DNA from: an uncultured Candidatus Saccharibacteria bacterium
GTDB lineage: Bacteria; Patescibacteriota; Minisyncoccia; Phycocordibacterales; CSBR16-119
DNA: 58,651 bases
Direction: 5' to 3'
Assembly (NCBI GenBank): GCA_964581035.1
Contig: CAZOLO010000005.1
Span: forward strand, 1 to 58,651
A model generated the notes under the pieces. That model made no database searches and was not told the origin of the DNA. It was given only the letters and a program-made list of their open reading frames with translations. This document shows positions 26,285 to 36,066 of this stretch, piece after piece (positions within the stretch are counted from its first letter, which is position 1; each line of letters starts with the position of its first letter). The translations under genes were made by a program, and so were the position numbers.

Positions 26285-27058
26285 ATGAGGGCAAAAAAAT
26301 CTCTTGGTCAGAATTTCTTAAAATCAAAGCAGGCTTTGTCCGCTATTTCTGATGCAGGAGAAATAAAGGAGGGAGAGCTGGTAATAGAAATTGGACCAGG
26401 AAAAGGCGCCCTTACAAAATATCTACTAGAAAAAACATCACGTGTTGTAGCAATAGAGAAAGACCGAGAGCTAATAGAATTTTTGAATGAGAAATTTCAA
26501 GAAGAGGTATCTGGTGGAGCTCTTACTATTATAGAGGGGGATATATTAGATTTTGATGAGAAGACTATTGAAAAGCCCTACAAACTAATCGCAAATATCC
26601 CATACTACATAACAGGGGAAATCATGGAGAAGTTTCTTTCAAGCTCAAATCAGCCAGAAAGAGTGGTTTTCCTTCTTCAAAAAGAGGTGGTAGATCGAAT
26701 TATGGTTCGAGACGGCAAAGAATCCATACTATCTATGAGTGTAAAGGCCTTTGGTGAACCCAAATACATTCAAAAAGTACAAGCAAAGGCATTCTCTCCG
26801 GCGCCAAAAGTGGATTCTGCCATTCTAGCCATTGGCGGTATCTCTAAATCTCGTTTTAAAGGTATTTCTGAAGATAAGTTCTTCAGAGTTCTTAAAACAG
26901 GTTTTGCTCATAAAAGAAAAATGTTAATAAACAACCTCGAAAAGCTAGCTTCAAAGGAAGACCTGGTGAATCTATTTAGAAAACTTGGTTTGGAAGCTAA
27001 AACCAGAGCGGAGACACTCTCTGTAGATAATTGGATAGAATTATCAAAAGAACTATAA
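26285..27058 (+). CDS. rsmA: 16S rRNA adenine dimethyltransferase
   Basis: KKSLGQNFL, EIGPGKG, ANIPYYIT, PAPKVDS. Confidence 0.96.
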   Translation: MRAKKSLGQNFLKSKQALSAISDAGEIKEGELVIEIGPGKGALTKYLLEKTSRVVAIEKDRELIEFLNEKFQEEVSGGALTIIEGDILDFDEKTIEKPYKLIANIPYYITGEIMEKFLSSSNQPERVVFLLQKEVVDRIMVRDGKESILSMSVKAFGEPKYIQKVQAKAFSPAPKVDSAILAIGGISKSRFKGISEDKFFRVLKTGFAHKRKMLINNLEKLASKEDLVNLFRKLGLEAKTRAETLSVDNWIELSKEL

Positions 27059-27091
27059 AACTGCGACACTAAGTGTCGCAGTTTTATAGTT
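27051..27091. terminator. Perfect 20-bp inverted repeat between rsmA and the T4SS-like cluster
   Basis: AACTATAAAACTGCGACACT-A-AGTGTCGCAGTTTTATAGTT. Confidence 0.75.
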
Positions 27092-27160
27092 ATTAAGTCA
27101 GTTTTAAGATGTTGATTTCTTTTAAGGGTAAATATTTTTTGATGCTATAATATGTTACAT

Positions 27161-27574
27161 ATGAAAATCAAAAAATCTCACATCAAATCTGGAGTAAAGC
27201 ATGGCATATTTCTTGTTTCACTTTTTGCATCTATTGGAATGATGCTTTTTAGTCATTATGCATATGCTTTCGGAGATACATCTTTTGGTGGAATCTTAGA
27301 GTACCAGTATACATACCCATTTGGATGTAATGCTCAGTATAGTCCATTCTATGTAAACCCTTATGGAAACACAAACGAACCAACAGGTTTTGGTGAAATA
27401 TCAGCAGACTCAGATCATGTAACAGGAAACATAACAAATGGTGTTGAAATTCTAGGCCTTGTAGAAGCCAACAAACCTTCTGATAGCTGTTATATGTGGG
27501 TACTGTTTGATCAAGTTCAAATAAACACATCTATTTTCAGCTACTTTGGAACCAGCGAATTGCCTTCATTTTAA
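27161..27574 (+). CDS. Small exported protein, first gene of the T4SS-like cluster
   Basis: Signal/TM ending YAYA-F; two Cys; ATG follows TGCTATAAT. Confidence 0.7.
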   Translation: MKIKKSHIKSGVKHGIFLVSLFASIGMMLFSHYAYAFGDTSFGGILEYQYTYPFGCNAQYSPFYVNPYGNTNEPTGFGEISADSDHVTGNITNGVEILGLVEANKPSDSCYMWVLFDQVQINTSIFSYFGTSELPSF

Positions 27575-27586
27575 ACAATCTTACTT

Positions 27587-28468
27587 ATGAGTTTTAGAGA
27601 TTATTTACCAAGTAGAAATTTTAGAATAGTTATTGGTATAGCTGTTCTTTTTTCTATAGTTTTTCTATTATTTTCTCTAAAAAAATCTTCTGCTGATAAT
27701 TATGAAAAAGACGCAATAGACTTAAATATTGAAACAGTACCGCTTGGGAAAATAGTTTACAAAGACTCAGATGGTGATGGGGTTTTAGATTGGGAAGAGG
27801 CTTTGTGGGGTACAGACCCAAACAACCCTGATACAAATGGCGATGGAATAGGGGATAAAGAAGAGCTTGATAAGAAAAAACCATCAGGAAATCTGGGTGA
27901 TTCTGGAGAAACCCTAACTGAGACTGGCTCTTTTGCTAGAGAGCTATTCAGCAGCATCTTCTCTCTAAACCAAACAGGCAATCTTAATGAATCAAATCTA
28001 ACAAGTATTGCGGATGGTCTTGCTAAATCAATTGAATCATCTGTTTATGATGAATACAACCTAGATTCCCTAACAGTGATTCCACCAAATCAAACCTCTA
28101 TCAAGTCTTACTTTAAGGAGACCGACAAAATATTCTTAACACTTAAAAACACAGCAATAGGCCAGGAGTTGACTATCCTACCTGAATATATTGAAGACAG
28201 TGTTTCAAACCAATCAAAGTTAGAAGAAATAGTATCAGAGTACAAAAAACTAGCTCTGGATTTAAGTAATGTAGTCACACCAGAATCAATATCAATTGCC
28301 CATCTTGAACTAGTAAATACTTACAACAAAATAGGTCAATCAATTGAAGGTTTCCTATATATAAATGAAGACCCGATGAAAACATTAGCGGGGTTATCTA
28401 ACTATGAAAAATACTCAAATAAGATAGATGACATTTTCAAGGCTATAGACACCCACTACATAAAATAA
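27587..28468 (+). CDS. Membrane-anchored protein with thrombospondin-3-like Ca-binding repeats
   Basis: DSDGDGVLDWEE..GTDPNNPDTNGDGIGDKEE. Confidence 0.75.
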   Translation: MSFRDYLPSRNFRIVIGIAVLFSIVFLLFSLKKSSADNYEKDAIDLNIETVPLGKIVYKDSDGDGVLDWEEALWGTDPNNPDTNGDGIGDKEELDKKKPSGNLGDSGETLTETGSFARELFSSIFSLNQTGNLNESNLTSIADGLAKSIESSVYDEYNLDSLTVIPPNQTSIKSYFKETDKIFLTLKNTAIGQELTILPEYIEDSVSNQSKLEEIVSEYKKLALDLSNVVTPESISIAHLELVNTYNKIGQSIEGFLYINEDPMKTLAGLSNYEKYSNKIDDIFKAIDTHYIK

Positions 28469-28489
28469 TAGGTGTTATAATTATTTCAC

Positions 28490-30952
28490 ATGAATAAATC
28501 TAAAATAAATAAAATATCTAAAATAACTCTTTCTTTATTTTTATTTGGATTTTTAATAATACCATCTGTTGGTCACGCTCAAATAAATGCACAGGGAATT
28601 GGTGGTCTTCTGATTCAGTGTGCAAAGGTCACATCAGCAAACCAAGAGGATTTTGGACCATCAACAGATTCAGCCGAACAAAGAGCGGTTAAAACAACAG
28701 AAAACAATGCTAAAAAACTTGTGAAGAAGGAGGCTTGTTCTGACGCCATAGCAAAATATACAATGGGTGAACTTCTAAAGAAAATGTCTCAGGAGGCAGT
28801 AAACTGGATCAACGGTGGATTCCGTGGTGACCCAGCTTTCGTTCAGAATCCAGAAGCCTACTTCCAGTCAATAGCTACCCAGCAACTTAGTAGTTTAACA
28901 AGTTTGCTGCAGTTCAATGCAGAAGACCTTCCTTTTGGGAGAGAGTCTGCTAGATCTATTATACTTTCAGAGATTTCTGGATCTTTTGAAAATAGAGCCA
29001 GGTTTACTTTAAACAACTATATTCCAACAGGAAATTTGGCTGACTTCCAGGCTGACTTTAGAATTGGAGGATGGGATGCATTTTTGCACCAAGCTTTCGA
29101 TACACAAAATAACCCTGGTGGTTTTGCAATTCTGGCGACCCAAGAAAAAGAACGTAGGTTGGCGGGGAGAAACGATCTTCAAAGTGAAATACAGCTTGCG
29201 TCAAAAGAGCTACAGCAAAATAGTGGATTCCTTAGCTTAAAGAAGTGCGTTGAATCAAAAGCAAATGGTGAGTATATACCACCAGAAGAAGAGGGTGGTG
29301 TGTTAGTATCAGAGGCTCAATATGAGTCACGGGCTGCATATGAACTATATGAGAATGATGACATGGCTGCCGCTGCTGAAAATCTTTCTCATGTATGTAA
29401 GACATGGGAAAACCAAACCCCCGGAACTGTTATTGCTCACGCATTAAACAAAACAATTATTGATATACCAATAGAGCAATCAGTGATTGCAGATGAGCTA
29501 AACGAGTCACTAAACGTAGTTTTCTCAGCGCTACTAAATCAAGTATTTAAAAATGGTGTAAAAAGCCTAGAGAACACACAAGACTGGGCACAAGAAGGAC
29601 TAAACTCTGTAAATATTGGGTCAATCGGGCTTGGTGACTTACTTATGGACCCAGTTGGTACACTTGGCGCTGAGTTTGGAGGTGGCGACCAAGACTACTT
29701 CGGTGGTAACGGTCTAAACATATCAGACTTTGAAACTGCTCAAGGTGACCTACTTGGATGGTCACAACAAGGAGAGAATTTTGATATATTCAACCAGCTG
29801 CCATATATCATTTATCTACAGGAACGATTTATAGGGTCTCCAAATGGAGTCATACCAGAGCTTCCTGTGGACCCAGAAACTGGGGAGGTAGGAATAGACC
29901 AAAGCACAGGAGAACCTTTTGTGGACCCTACACCTGGGTTTAATGGAGTAATCCAACAGACAGCAATGTTAAACGAAAGTATTCTCAACCTAGAACAACT
30001 TGACGTATGTATTCCTGGCCCTTCTCCAATGTACAAAAGGTACCTGGGAGAAGCTCTAAAGCATTGGGAGGGAGAAATAATGAAAGCTCAAGAGCAAATG
30101 CTAAACGTCTTTGGAATCTTTGACCCAGGAGGTATAACAGCGGGGACAGTTCAAGATAACACCCAAAAGGGAATCCAAAGACTCAGAGGTGCAGCAGATC
30201 AGTATATGGAGCTTATTGATACAAAGTACAACTGGCTAACCCCAGGAAACATGCCTTCAATTACCCCTGCTGCAAATAATGAAATTGCAAAAATTGACCA
30301 ATACATGGCCACAATTGCCAAGAATTCTCAGATAAGTCAGGAAGTAAGCAGTCAACTGGTAAGCCTGGAGTACTTATTGCAAAAGATAGAGGAGTTAAAA
30401 GTGAATGCACCCAATATGCCAGTGGAAGTTGTAAAAGCTCAGGGAGATGCATTGGTTCAAGCTTTTTATGAATCTGCCCCTAGCGCAGTAACAGCTGAAG
30501 ACATAGTAAAACTTCAGTCTTCAGCAATATTAGCAGAGGCGAATAACCTAAAGGTTCAGACATACGCTCAACAATGCCTAGATGAAAAACTCAGCCAAGA
30601 CTACTCAGGTCAAACACGCTTCCAGTGGTATAGATCTAGAACAAACCCATCTATAGTTCTTGGCTCATCATCACGACCAACAAACCCAAATAATGTACCA
30701 AGTAGCCCAGTTCCACCAGGGGATAGTGGAAACTTCCTGTATAACCCTCAGCCGATTCTGGAGTATGGACAACACGAAGCAGGTGTTATCATTGCCCAAA
30801 TTATGGGAATTATGCAAGGAAAGATCAGTGGATACACCGTTCTTCAAACACTTACAAATGAAGGTGTTCTACCGCCAGACTTCTCTCCAGGAACTCAATG
30901 GTTTGAAACACTTCTAGGTTGGAGCTATCCAGGACAAAATAGCATCCAATAG
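28490..30952 (+). CDS. Large exported hypothetical protein (T4SS-cluster associated)
   Basis: Signal peptide VGHA-Q; six Cys; helical/coiled-coil; 820 aa. Confidence 0.75.
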   Translation: MNKSKINKISKITLSLFLFGFLIIPSVGHAQINAQGIGGLLIQCAKVTSANQEDFGPSTDSAEQRAVKTTENNAKKLVKKEACSDAIAKYTMGELLKKMSQEAVNWINGGFRGDPAFVQNPEAYFQSIATQQLSSLTSLLQFNAEDLPFGRESARSIILSEISGSFENRARFTLNNYIPTGNLADFQADFRIGGWDAFLHQAFDTQNNPGGFAILATQEKERRLAGRNDLQSEIQLASKELQQNSGFLSLKKCVESKANGEYIPPEEEGGVLVSEAQYESRAAYELYENDDMAAAAENLSHVCKTWENQTPGTVIAHALNKTIIDIPIEQSVIADELNESLNVVFSALLNQVFKNGVKSLENTQDWAQEGLNSVNIGSIGLGDLLMDPVGTLGAEFGGGDQDYFGGNGLNISDFETAQGDLLGWSQQGENFDIFNQLPYIIYLQERFIGSPNGVIPELPVDPETGEVGIDQSTGEPFVDPTPGFNGVIQQTAMLNESILNLEQLDVCIPGPSPMYKRYLGEALKHWEGEIMKAQEQMLNVFGIFDPGGITAGTVQDNTQKGIQRLRGAADQYMELIDTKYNWLTPGNMPSITPAANNEIAKIDQYMATIAKNSQISQEVSSQLVSLEYLLQKIEELKVNAPNMPVEVVKAQGDALVQAFYESAPSAVTAEDIVKLQSSAILAEANNLKVQTYAQQCLDEKLSQDYSGQTRFQWYRSRTNPSIVLGSSSRPTNPNNVPSSPVPPGDSGNFLYNPQPILEYGQHEAGVIIAQIMGIMQGKISGYTVLQTLTNEGVLPPDFSPGTQWFETLLGWSYPGQNSIQ

Positions 30953-31072
30953 AATATTTAAAATAATCTTTCTTTTACGAGAAAGATTATTTTTATTTAA
31001 TTCATGTTAATTCTTGTTTTACACAAAAATAAGTAGGGTAGGGCTAGAAAACTGATATACTTTATACATAAC

Positions 31073-34000
31073 GTGATACAGCTTTTACAAAACAAACTAG
31101 TAAAAGGTGCTTTATTTACATTTATTGCAAGTGTGATGTTTTTTGGTTTATTCTCATTTGGAATAAAGACAGCTGAGGCTCTAAGCTGGGGAGACATGGG
31201 GAGTGTAGTGGAGGTTAATTGGGATAATACAGATTCAATTACTGCTTCTAGTTTTGCACAAAGTGGAAAAATCAAGGTTATAAACCTTGAGACCGTAGAT
31301 GGCACCCCAGCCACTCCACCAAAATATCCTTGGTGGGACGATAGTCAGTTCTCTTCTTATCTAATAAATGAAACAGATAATGGTCTTTATTGGGATAACG
31401 GAACAGATTTTACTACTGTTGGTTGGTATGTTGAATTTAAAATAAAAATCACACAAATAGAAGCACCCGCTGGCCAACAAGGCTTTGAACAATTATATCC
31501 TGGATTTTTTGATTGGAACTCAAGCTTACAACTTTCATCTTCTGGATTTAACCCAAAAGAAAAGCTTTTCAGTGGACAATTTGGAAACCTACCATTAAAC
31601 GGAAAATTCGAAGTGAGCCTTGTGGCTCAACAATGCCCTTATGTTCTTGCTTCAACAGCGGCACCTTGTGTTTCAGTCTCTGGAGATTCAAATCATATAA
31701 CAGTTCAACTAGTAAATAGTTCTGAGCCTGTATTCACTGAGGATTTCCAAGATACAGGTGGAGCCACTGGTTTTGGTGGTCTTATAAAACATCTAGAATG
31801 CGGCCCTGAGACGATTTTTACAGGTTGTTTTATACAGGGTTTATATAATTGGATTTACCCAGCATCGACTTACCTGGTAGCTATTTCTGGTAATCTGTTT
31901 GATTTCTTTACAAGTATGACAATATCTAACCATGTATATAGCAGCCCGGTGCTTATTACAAAGGGTTGGACAATAGTTAGAGATATATCTAATGTTTTCT
32001 TTATTTTTATACTTCTTGTGGCCGCTTTCCGAACAATGATGGGAGACAGTGACGTTAAGAAAACTATAAAAAACGTAATAGTGATAGCGCTACTTATAAA
32101 CTTTAGTTTATTTATGACAAAAGTAGTCATAGACAGTTCAAATATTATTGCTCATCTATTTTATAATCAAATAAGCTCAGCTGGTGGCCCCATAACACAA
32201 CTTAATAATGTTGGAGAGAATAAGGGTATATCTAAGGGAATTAGTGCCGGTCTAGATATTCAAAATTTTATTAGTGGTAGTGAGGTTGAAAAATTTACTG
32301 ACGAATTCAGCCAAAGCCCAGGTGCTCTAGCAACTATTGTAATCTTTGCGATAGCAATAAATGTAATAGCTGCATGGATGTTTTTTCAAGTTGGATTTTT
32401 GATGCTCGGAAGGATTCTTGGTTTATGGATGTCAATGATATTTTCACCTATTGCTTTTATGATGTATCTAATACCAGGAGCCACTGTCTATGTTAAAAGT
32501 TTTAGTTTCAAAAAATGGTCAACAGATCTGGTTAAATTTGCATTTTTGGCACCAGTTTTTCTTTTCTTTGTATACATAATTATGCTTTTCATTGGGGATA
32601 GTAGTGGAAGTACAGGATTTTTAGATGGACTAATTTCCAATACCGACCCAAGCGGATCAGAGGGTCTAATACTTCTAAGTCTTGGATTCTTTTTGATAAT
32701 CGGAATTCTTAAAATTGCTACGGATACAGCCAAAGACATGGCGGGTGAAATAGGCGGCATGATAGCTGGTTATGCAACTAAAGCCTTTGGCGCTGTAGCT
32801 GGAGTTGCTGGAGGAGTTGCTCTTGGAGGGGCTGGATCGGTACTTAGGGGAACTGTTGGAGCCGCAGCAGCAAAAATATCTGAAAGTAAAGACCTTAAGG
32901 AAACAGCTGCTAAAAAAGGTGTTGCTGGATGGATGGCCAGACGAACACTTAGTCAGGCAGATAAGACATCGAAAAGAGATTTCGATGTCCGAACTGGTGG
33001 ACTTGGAAAAGGTATTCAATCAAGTCTATCTAAATTCACAGGTGCTAAAATTGATTTCAACAACCAGGCTGTTTCAGCTGCTGGATTTGATAAGAGCAGA
33101 GGAAAAGGTGGTCATGATCAGCTTGTGAAAGATCAGGAGAAAGAAGACCTACGAACTGCAAAACTACTCGAACTTAAAGGTTCTGGAGCAGACAAGCAAG
33201 ATTCTAGACATGAAGAATACGAAAAGGACGCAAAGGAAAGAAGTGAATACCTTACAAGTAGAGGCTATACACCTGAAGAAACAGAAAAGGAAATGGCTGA
33301 TTTCAAAGAGCAGTACGAGAAAGGCGGAAAGGTTAAAATCACAGATACTGTTGACAAAGAAGTTAAAGGAGGTAGTGTTGCAACCTCAAAGCAGGCTAGC
33401 CTAGACAATAAAGTAGACTTTGCCAAAAATGTTTTGGCAGATGGTCAAGATACAGCATTCAAAGCTGCTAAGGATAGTGTATCAACTGGAACTGAGAACA
33501 CTCGTGACTATGTTAAAGATAAGCTTGGCATAACAGACAAAGAGCAAGATGCTAGACATGAAGAATTTAAGAAAGATGAAGTCGCTCAAAGAAAAGACCT
33601 TGAAACAACTCCTTCTTACCTTCTAAAAGAAAGAAGATTTGTGGCAGACAAGGACGGTAACATGGTAGAACACAAAGCTGGAACACCCGACATTGCAAAG
33701 ATAAACGCAGCTATGACTAAATTTAAAGCAGACTACGAAAAGGGTGGCGAGCTAACAGTTGCTGGAAAGAAGAAGAAGGTTGGAGGAGGTAGTGTTGCAA
33801 CCGCAGGTGAAGCAAAGACAAAGCAAGAATCAAAGAAGAACGAAGATGCGGTAAAAGCTGGAACAAAAAATAATCTAGCTGGAGATATTGGGGTTGGTAT
33901 AGCCACTGGAGCAGTCGCAGCAGCAGCAGGGGCTGGAGCGGTTACAGTTGGAAAAGTTGCTACTGTGGCAGCTGGAACAACAGCAGTTCCTACACTCATG

Positions 34001-34492
34001 GAATCATATGGTAGAAACAAAGGTTCTCAGTCTGCTTCAAAGAAGATTCAATCTGAGGCAAAGAAAGGAGCACAACCAGCTGTTGCAAACTTGGAAGAAT
34101 TGAAAGAAATCCTTTCTGAGGCAAAGACAGCTCATCCAGGTAAGTCAGATAGTGAGGCAATCAAAGCTATGACAAATGAGTTGAAGAAAATACAAGATCT
34201 ACAAAAAATGGAGTACGAAACAGCGAGACTTACATATATAGATGCAAAAACAGCCCATGCTAAGAAACCCGCTGACCCATCTGTTGTTGCAAACCTTGCA
34301 ACTGCAAAAAGAGAATACTCAACCCAATTTTCTGAAAAAATGAATATTGAGGATAAGTTGTCTAAGTTTAATAACTACGAAAAAGAAGTGAAGAAGAATA
34401 CAGATATCCTTTCTGGGAAAAAACCTGAAAAGGAAAAGAGTGGTGGAGAACAAAAAGAAGATAAACCAAAAGAAAGTAAACCTGAAGAATAA
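31073..34492 (+). CDS. VirB6/TrbL-like polytopic membrane protein with long charged tail
   Basis: GWTIVRDISN..ALLINFSLF..VIDSSN core with several TM helices; Gly/Ala-rich helices; duplicated tail. Confidence 0.65.
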   Translation: MIQLLQNKLVKGALFTFIASVMFFGLFSFGIKTAEALSWGDMGSVVEVNWDNTDSITASSFAQSGKIKVINLETVDGTPATPPKYPWWDDSQFSSYLINETDNGLYWDNGTDFTTVGWYVEFKIKITQIEAPAGQQGFEQLYPGFFDWNSSLQLSSSGFNPKEKLFSGQFGNLPLNGKFEVSLVAQQCPYVLASTAAPCVSVSGDSNHITVQLVNSSEPVFTEDFQDTGGATGFGGLIKHLECGPETIFTGCFIQGLYNWIYPASTYLVAISGNLFDFFTSMTISNHVYSSPVLITKGWTIVRDISNVFFIFILLVAAFRTMMGDSDVKKTIKNVIVIALLINFSLFMTKVVIDSSNIIAHLFYNQISSAGGPITQLNNVGENKGISKGISAGLDIQNFISGSEVEKFTDEFSQSPGALATIVIFAIAINVIAAWMFFQVGFLMLGRILGLWMSMIFSPIAFMMYLIPGATVYVKSFSFKKWSTDLVKFAFLAPVFLFFVYIIMLFIGDSSGSTGFLDGLISNTDPSGSEGLILLSLGFFLIIGILKIATDTAKDMAGEIGGMIAGYATKAFGAVAGVAGGVALGGAGSVLRGTVGAAAAKISESKDLKETAAKKGVAGWMARRTLSQADKTSKRDFDVRTGGLGKGIQSSLSKFTGAKIDFNNQAVSAAGFDKSRGKGGHDQLVKDQEKEDLRTAKLLELKGSGADKQDSRHEEYEKDAKERSEYLTSRGYTPEETEKEMADFKEQYEKGGKVKITDTVDKEVKGGSVATSKQASLDNKVDFAKNVLADGQDTAFKAAKDSVSTGTENTRDYVKDKLGITDKEQDARHEEFKKDEVAQRKDLETTPSYLLKERRFVADKDGNMVEHKAGTPDIAKINAAMTKFKADYEKGGELTVAGKKKKVGGGSVATAGEAKTKQESKKNEDAVKAGTKNNLAGDIGVGIATGAVAAAAGAGAVTVGKVATVAAGTTAVPTLMESYGRNKGSQSASKKIQSEAKKGAQPAVANLEELKEILSEAKTAHPGKSDSEAIKAMTNELKKIQDLQKMEYETARLTYIDAKTAHAKKPADPSVVANLATAKREYSTQFSEKMNIEDKLSKFNNYEKEVKKNTDILSGKKPEKEKSGGEQKEDKPKESKPEE

Positions 34493-34498
34493 TAAATT

Positions 34499-34960
34499 AT
34501 GGAAGAACTAACACCAGAACTATTAGAGAAATACTATAAAGCGTTACCCGACAACCTTCGGAGCGCTCTTCGTGATAAGAGCATTGAGAACGAAGTATTC
34601 ACAATAGGAAAAAAAAGGGGTCTACACATAGATCTATTAGAGATCTTAATGTCAGAAGTGCACTTCTTTATACTCGGAGCGACTCATCCAGCAGACTTTA
34701 AACGCAATATTTCAAAAAAATTAGATCTAGACTCTATGGCCACAAATGATCTGGTGGAGGACCTGAACAAAGAAATATTCTTACCCATAAGAGAATCTCT
34801 TCAAGTCGTGCACGGTGACGGGGGGGAGGCAGAAAGAAAAGCCGCAAAAAACTTTGTAACTCAAAAACTAAATCAAACAGAACAAGCTAGTGAGAAAACA
34901 TCAGACCATTCAATAACAAGATCTGCTGATCACGACCCATACAGAGAGCCAATAGACTAG
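34499..34960 (+). CDS. Hypothetical cytoplasmic protein
   Basis: 153-aa ORF tightly coupled to the upstream gene; ends DPYREPID. Confidence 0.75.
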   Translation: MEELTPELLEKYYKALPDNLRSALRDKSIENEVFTIGKKRGLHIDLLEILMSEVHFFILGATHPADFKRNISKKLDLDSMATNDLVEDLNKEIFLPIRESLQVVHGDGGEAERKAAKNFVTQKLNQTEQASEKTSDHSITRSADHDPYREPID

Positions 34961-35018
34961 TCGGCGCTTTACCAACAAGAAAACTTTGTTTGATGTGTTT
35001 TCGCGCTATAATAAACAC

Positions 35019-35429
35019 ATGAGATTTAAAGTTCCGCAATTTATTGATATTGAAGACAAGATATTTGGACCGCTAACTTTTAAGCAGTTTATGTACTTAG
35101 CTGGTGGAGCAGGGCTAGCTTATGTCTCATATGTTCTATTTCCCATATATGTAGCTCTGCCATTAATTATCGCGGTCGCAACACTGTCTTTTTCTCTTAC
35201 TTTTGTAAAGATAAATGGTAAGAATTTTATTTTTATCCTTGAAGCATACTTTAGATACATGCTTGATTCAAAGATATTTATTTGGAAAAAAGTTTATAAA
35301 AAAGATAATAATAAGCAGGTCGTAGACTCAGCAGATAAAAAGGAGAAAATTGTGCATAAGCTTACTCAAAATAAGCTCCAGGAACTTTCTTGGGGTCTTA
35401 ATATTGTAGATAGAGATACTGAAAAATAA
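35019..35429 (+). CDS. prgI: PrgI-family (VirB3-like) membrane protein
   Basis: MRFKVPQFIDIEDKIFGPLTFKQF plus two TM helices; upstream of VirB4. Confidence 0.8.
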   Translation: MRFKVPQFIDIEDKIFGPLTFKQFMYLAGGAGLAYVSYVLFPIYVALPLIIAVATLSFSLTFVKINGKNFIFILEAYFRYMLDSKIFIWKKVYKKDNNKQVVDSADKKEKIVHKLTQNKLQELSWGLNIVDRDTEK

Positions 35430-35431
35430 TT

Positions 35432-36061
35432 ATGGCATCTAAACCAACACAAGACTTTATACCAATAAAAGAAATCCGGGATGGGATCATTATTCTAAAG
35501 GACGGATCTTTGCGAGCAATCCTAATGACCTCAGCTGTGAACTTAGCCTTAAAATCAGCAGACGAACAACAGGGGACTATTTATATGTTCCAGAATTTTC
35601 TAAACTCATTAGATTTTTCCGTACAAATTATTGCCCAATCCAGAAAATTAGATATAAAACCATACCTTGCATCACTTAGGGCAAGGGGTGAAGTTGTCGA
35701 GGAACCACTATTGCAGCTTCAAATAAGAGAGTATGTAAACTTCATAAAGAATTTTACAGACCAAATAAATGTCATGAAAAAACACTTTTTCGTTGTTGTA
35801 TCTCTTGTACCATCAGGTACTTCATCTGGTAGCTCAAATCCATTCTCAGGAATTTTTGGAGGCAACAAGGAAAAAACAATGAATAAGGAGGATTTTTCTG
35901 AAAACTTCTCACAACTCGAACAGAGAGTTGCTCTGGTAAAATCAGGTCTTTCTAGGGTTGGAGTTAGAAGCTCTCTTTTAAACAACGAGGAGTCTATAGA
36001 GCTGTTTTATAATATATTTAATATGGGAGATGGTTCCAGCTCTCTTAGCATAGACGACTAA
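35432..36061 (+). CDS. VirB4/TraC N-terminal-like partner protein
   Basis: IRDGIIILKDG..VNLALKS..FLNSLDF; echoes the N-terminal domain of the next gene. Confidence 0.65.
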   Translation: MASKPTQDFIPIKEIRDGIIILKDGSLRAILMTSAVNLALKSADEQQGTIYMFQNFLNSLDFSVQIIAQSRKLDIKPYLASLRARGEVVEEPLLQLQIREYVNFIKNFTDQINVMKKHFFVVVSLVPSGTSSGSSNPFSGIFGGNKEKTMNKEDFSENFSQLEQRVALVKSGLSRVGVRSSLLNNEESIELFYNIFNMGDGSSSLSIDD

Positions 36062-36066
36062 TTAAT

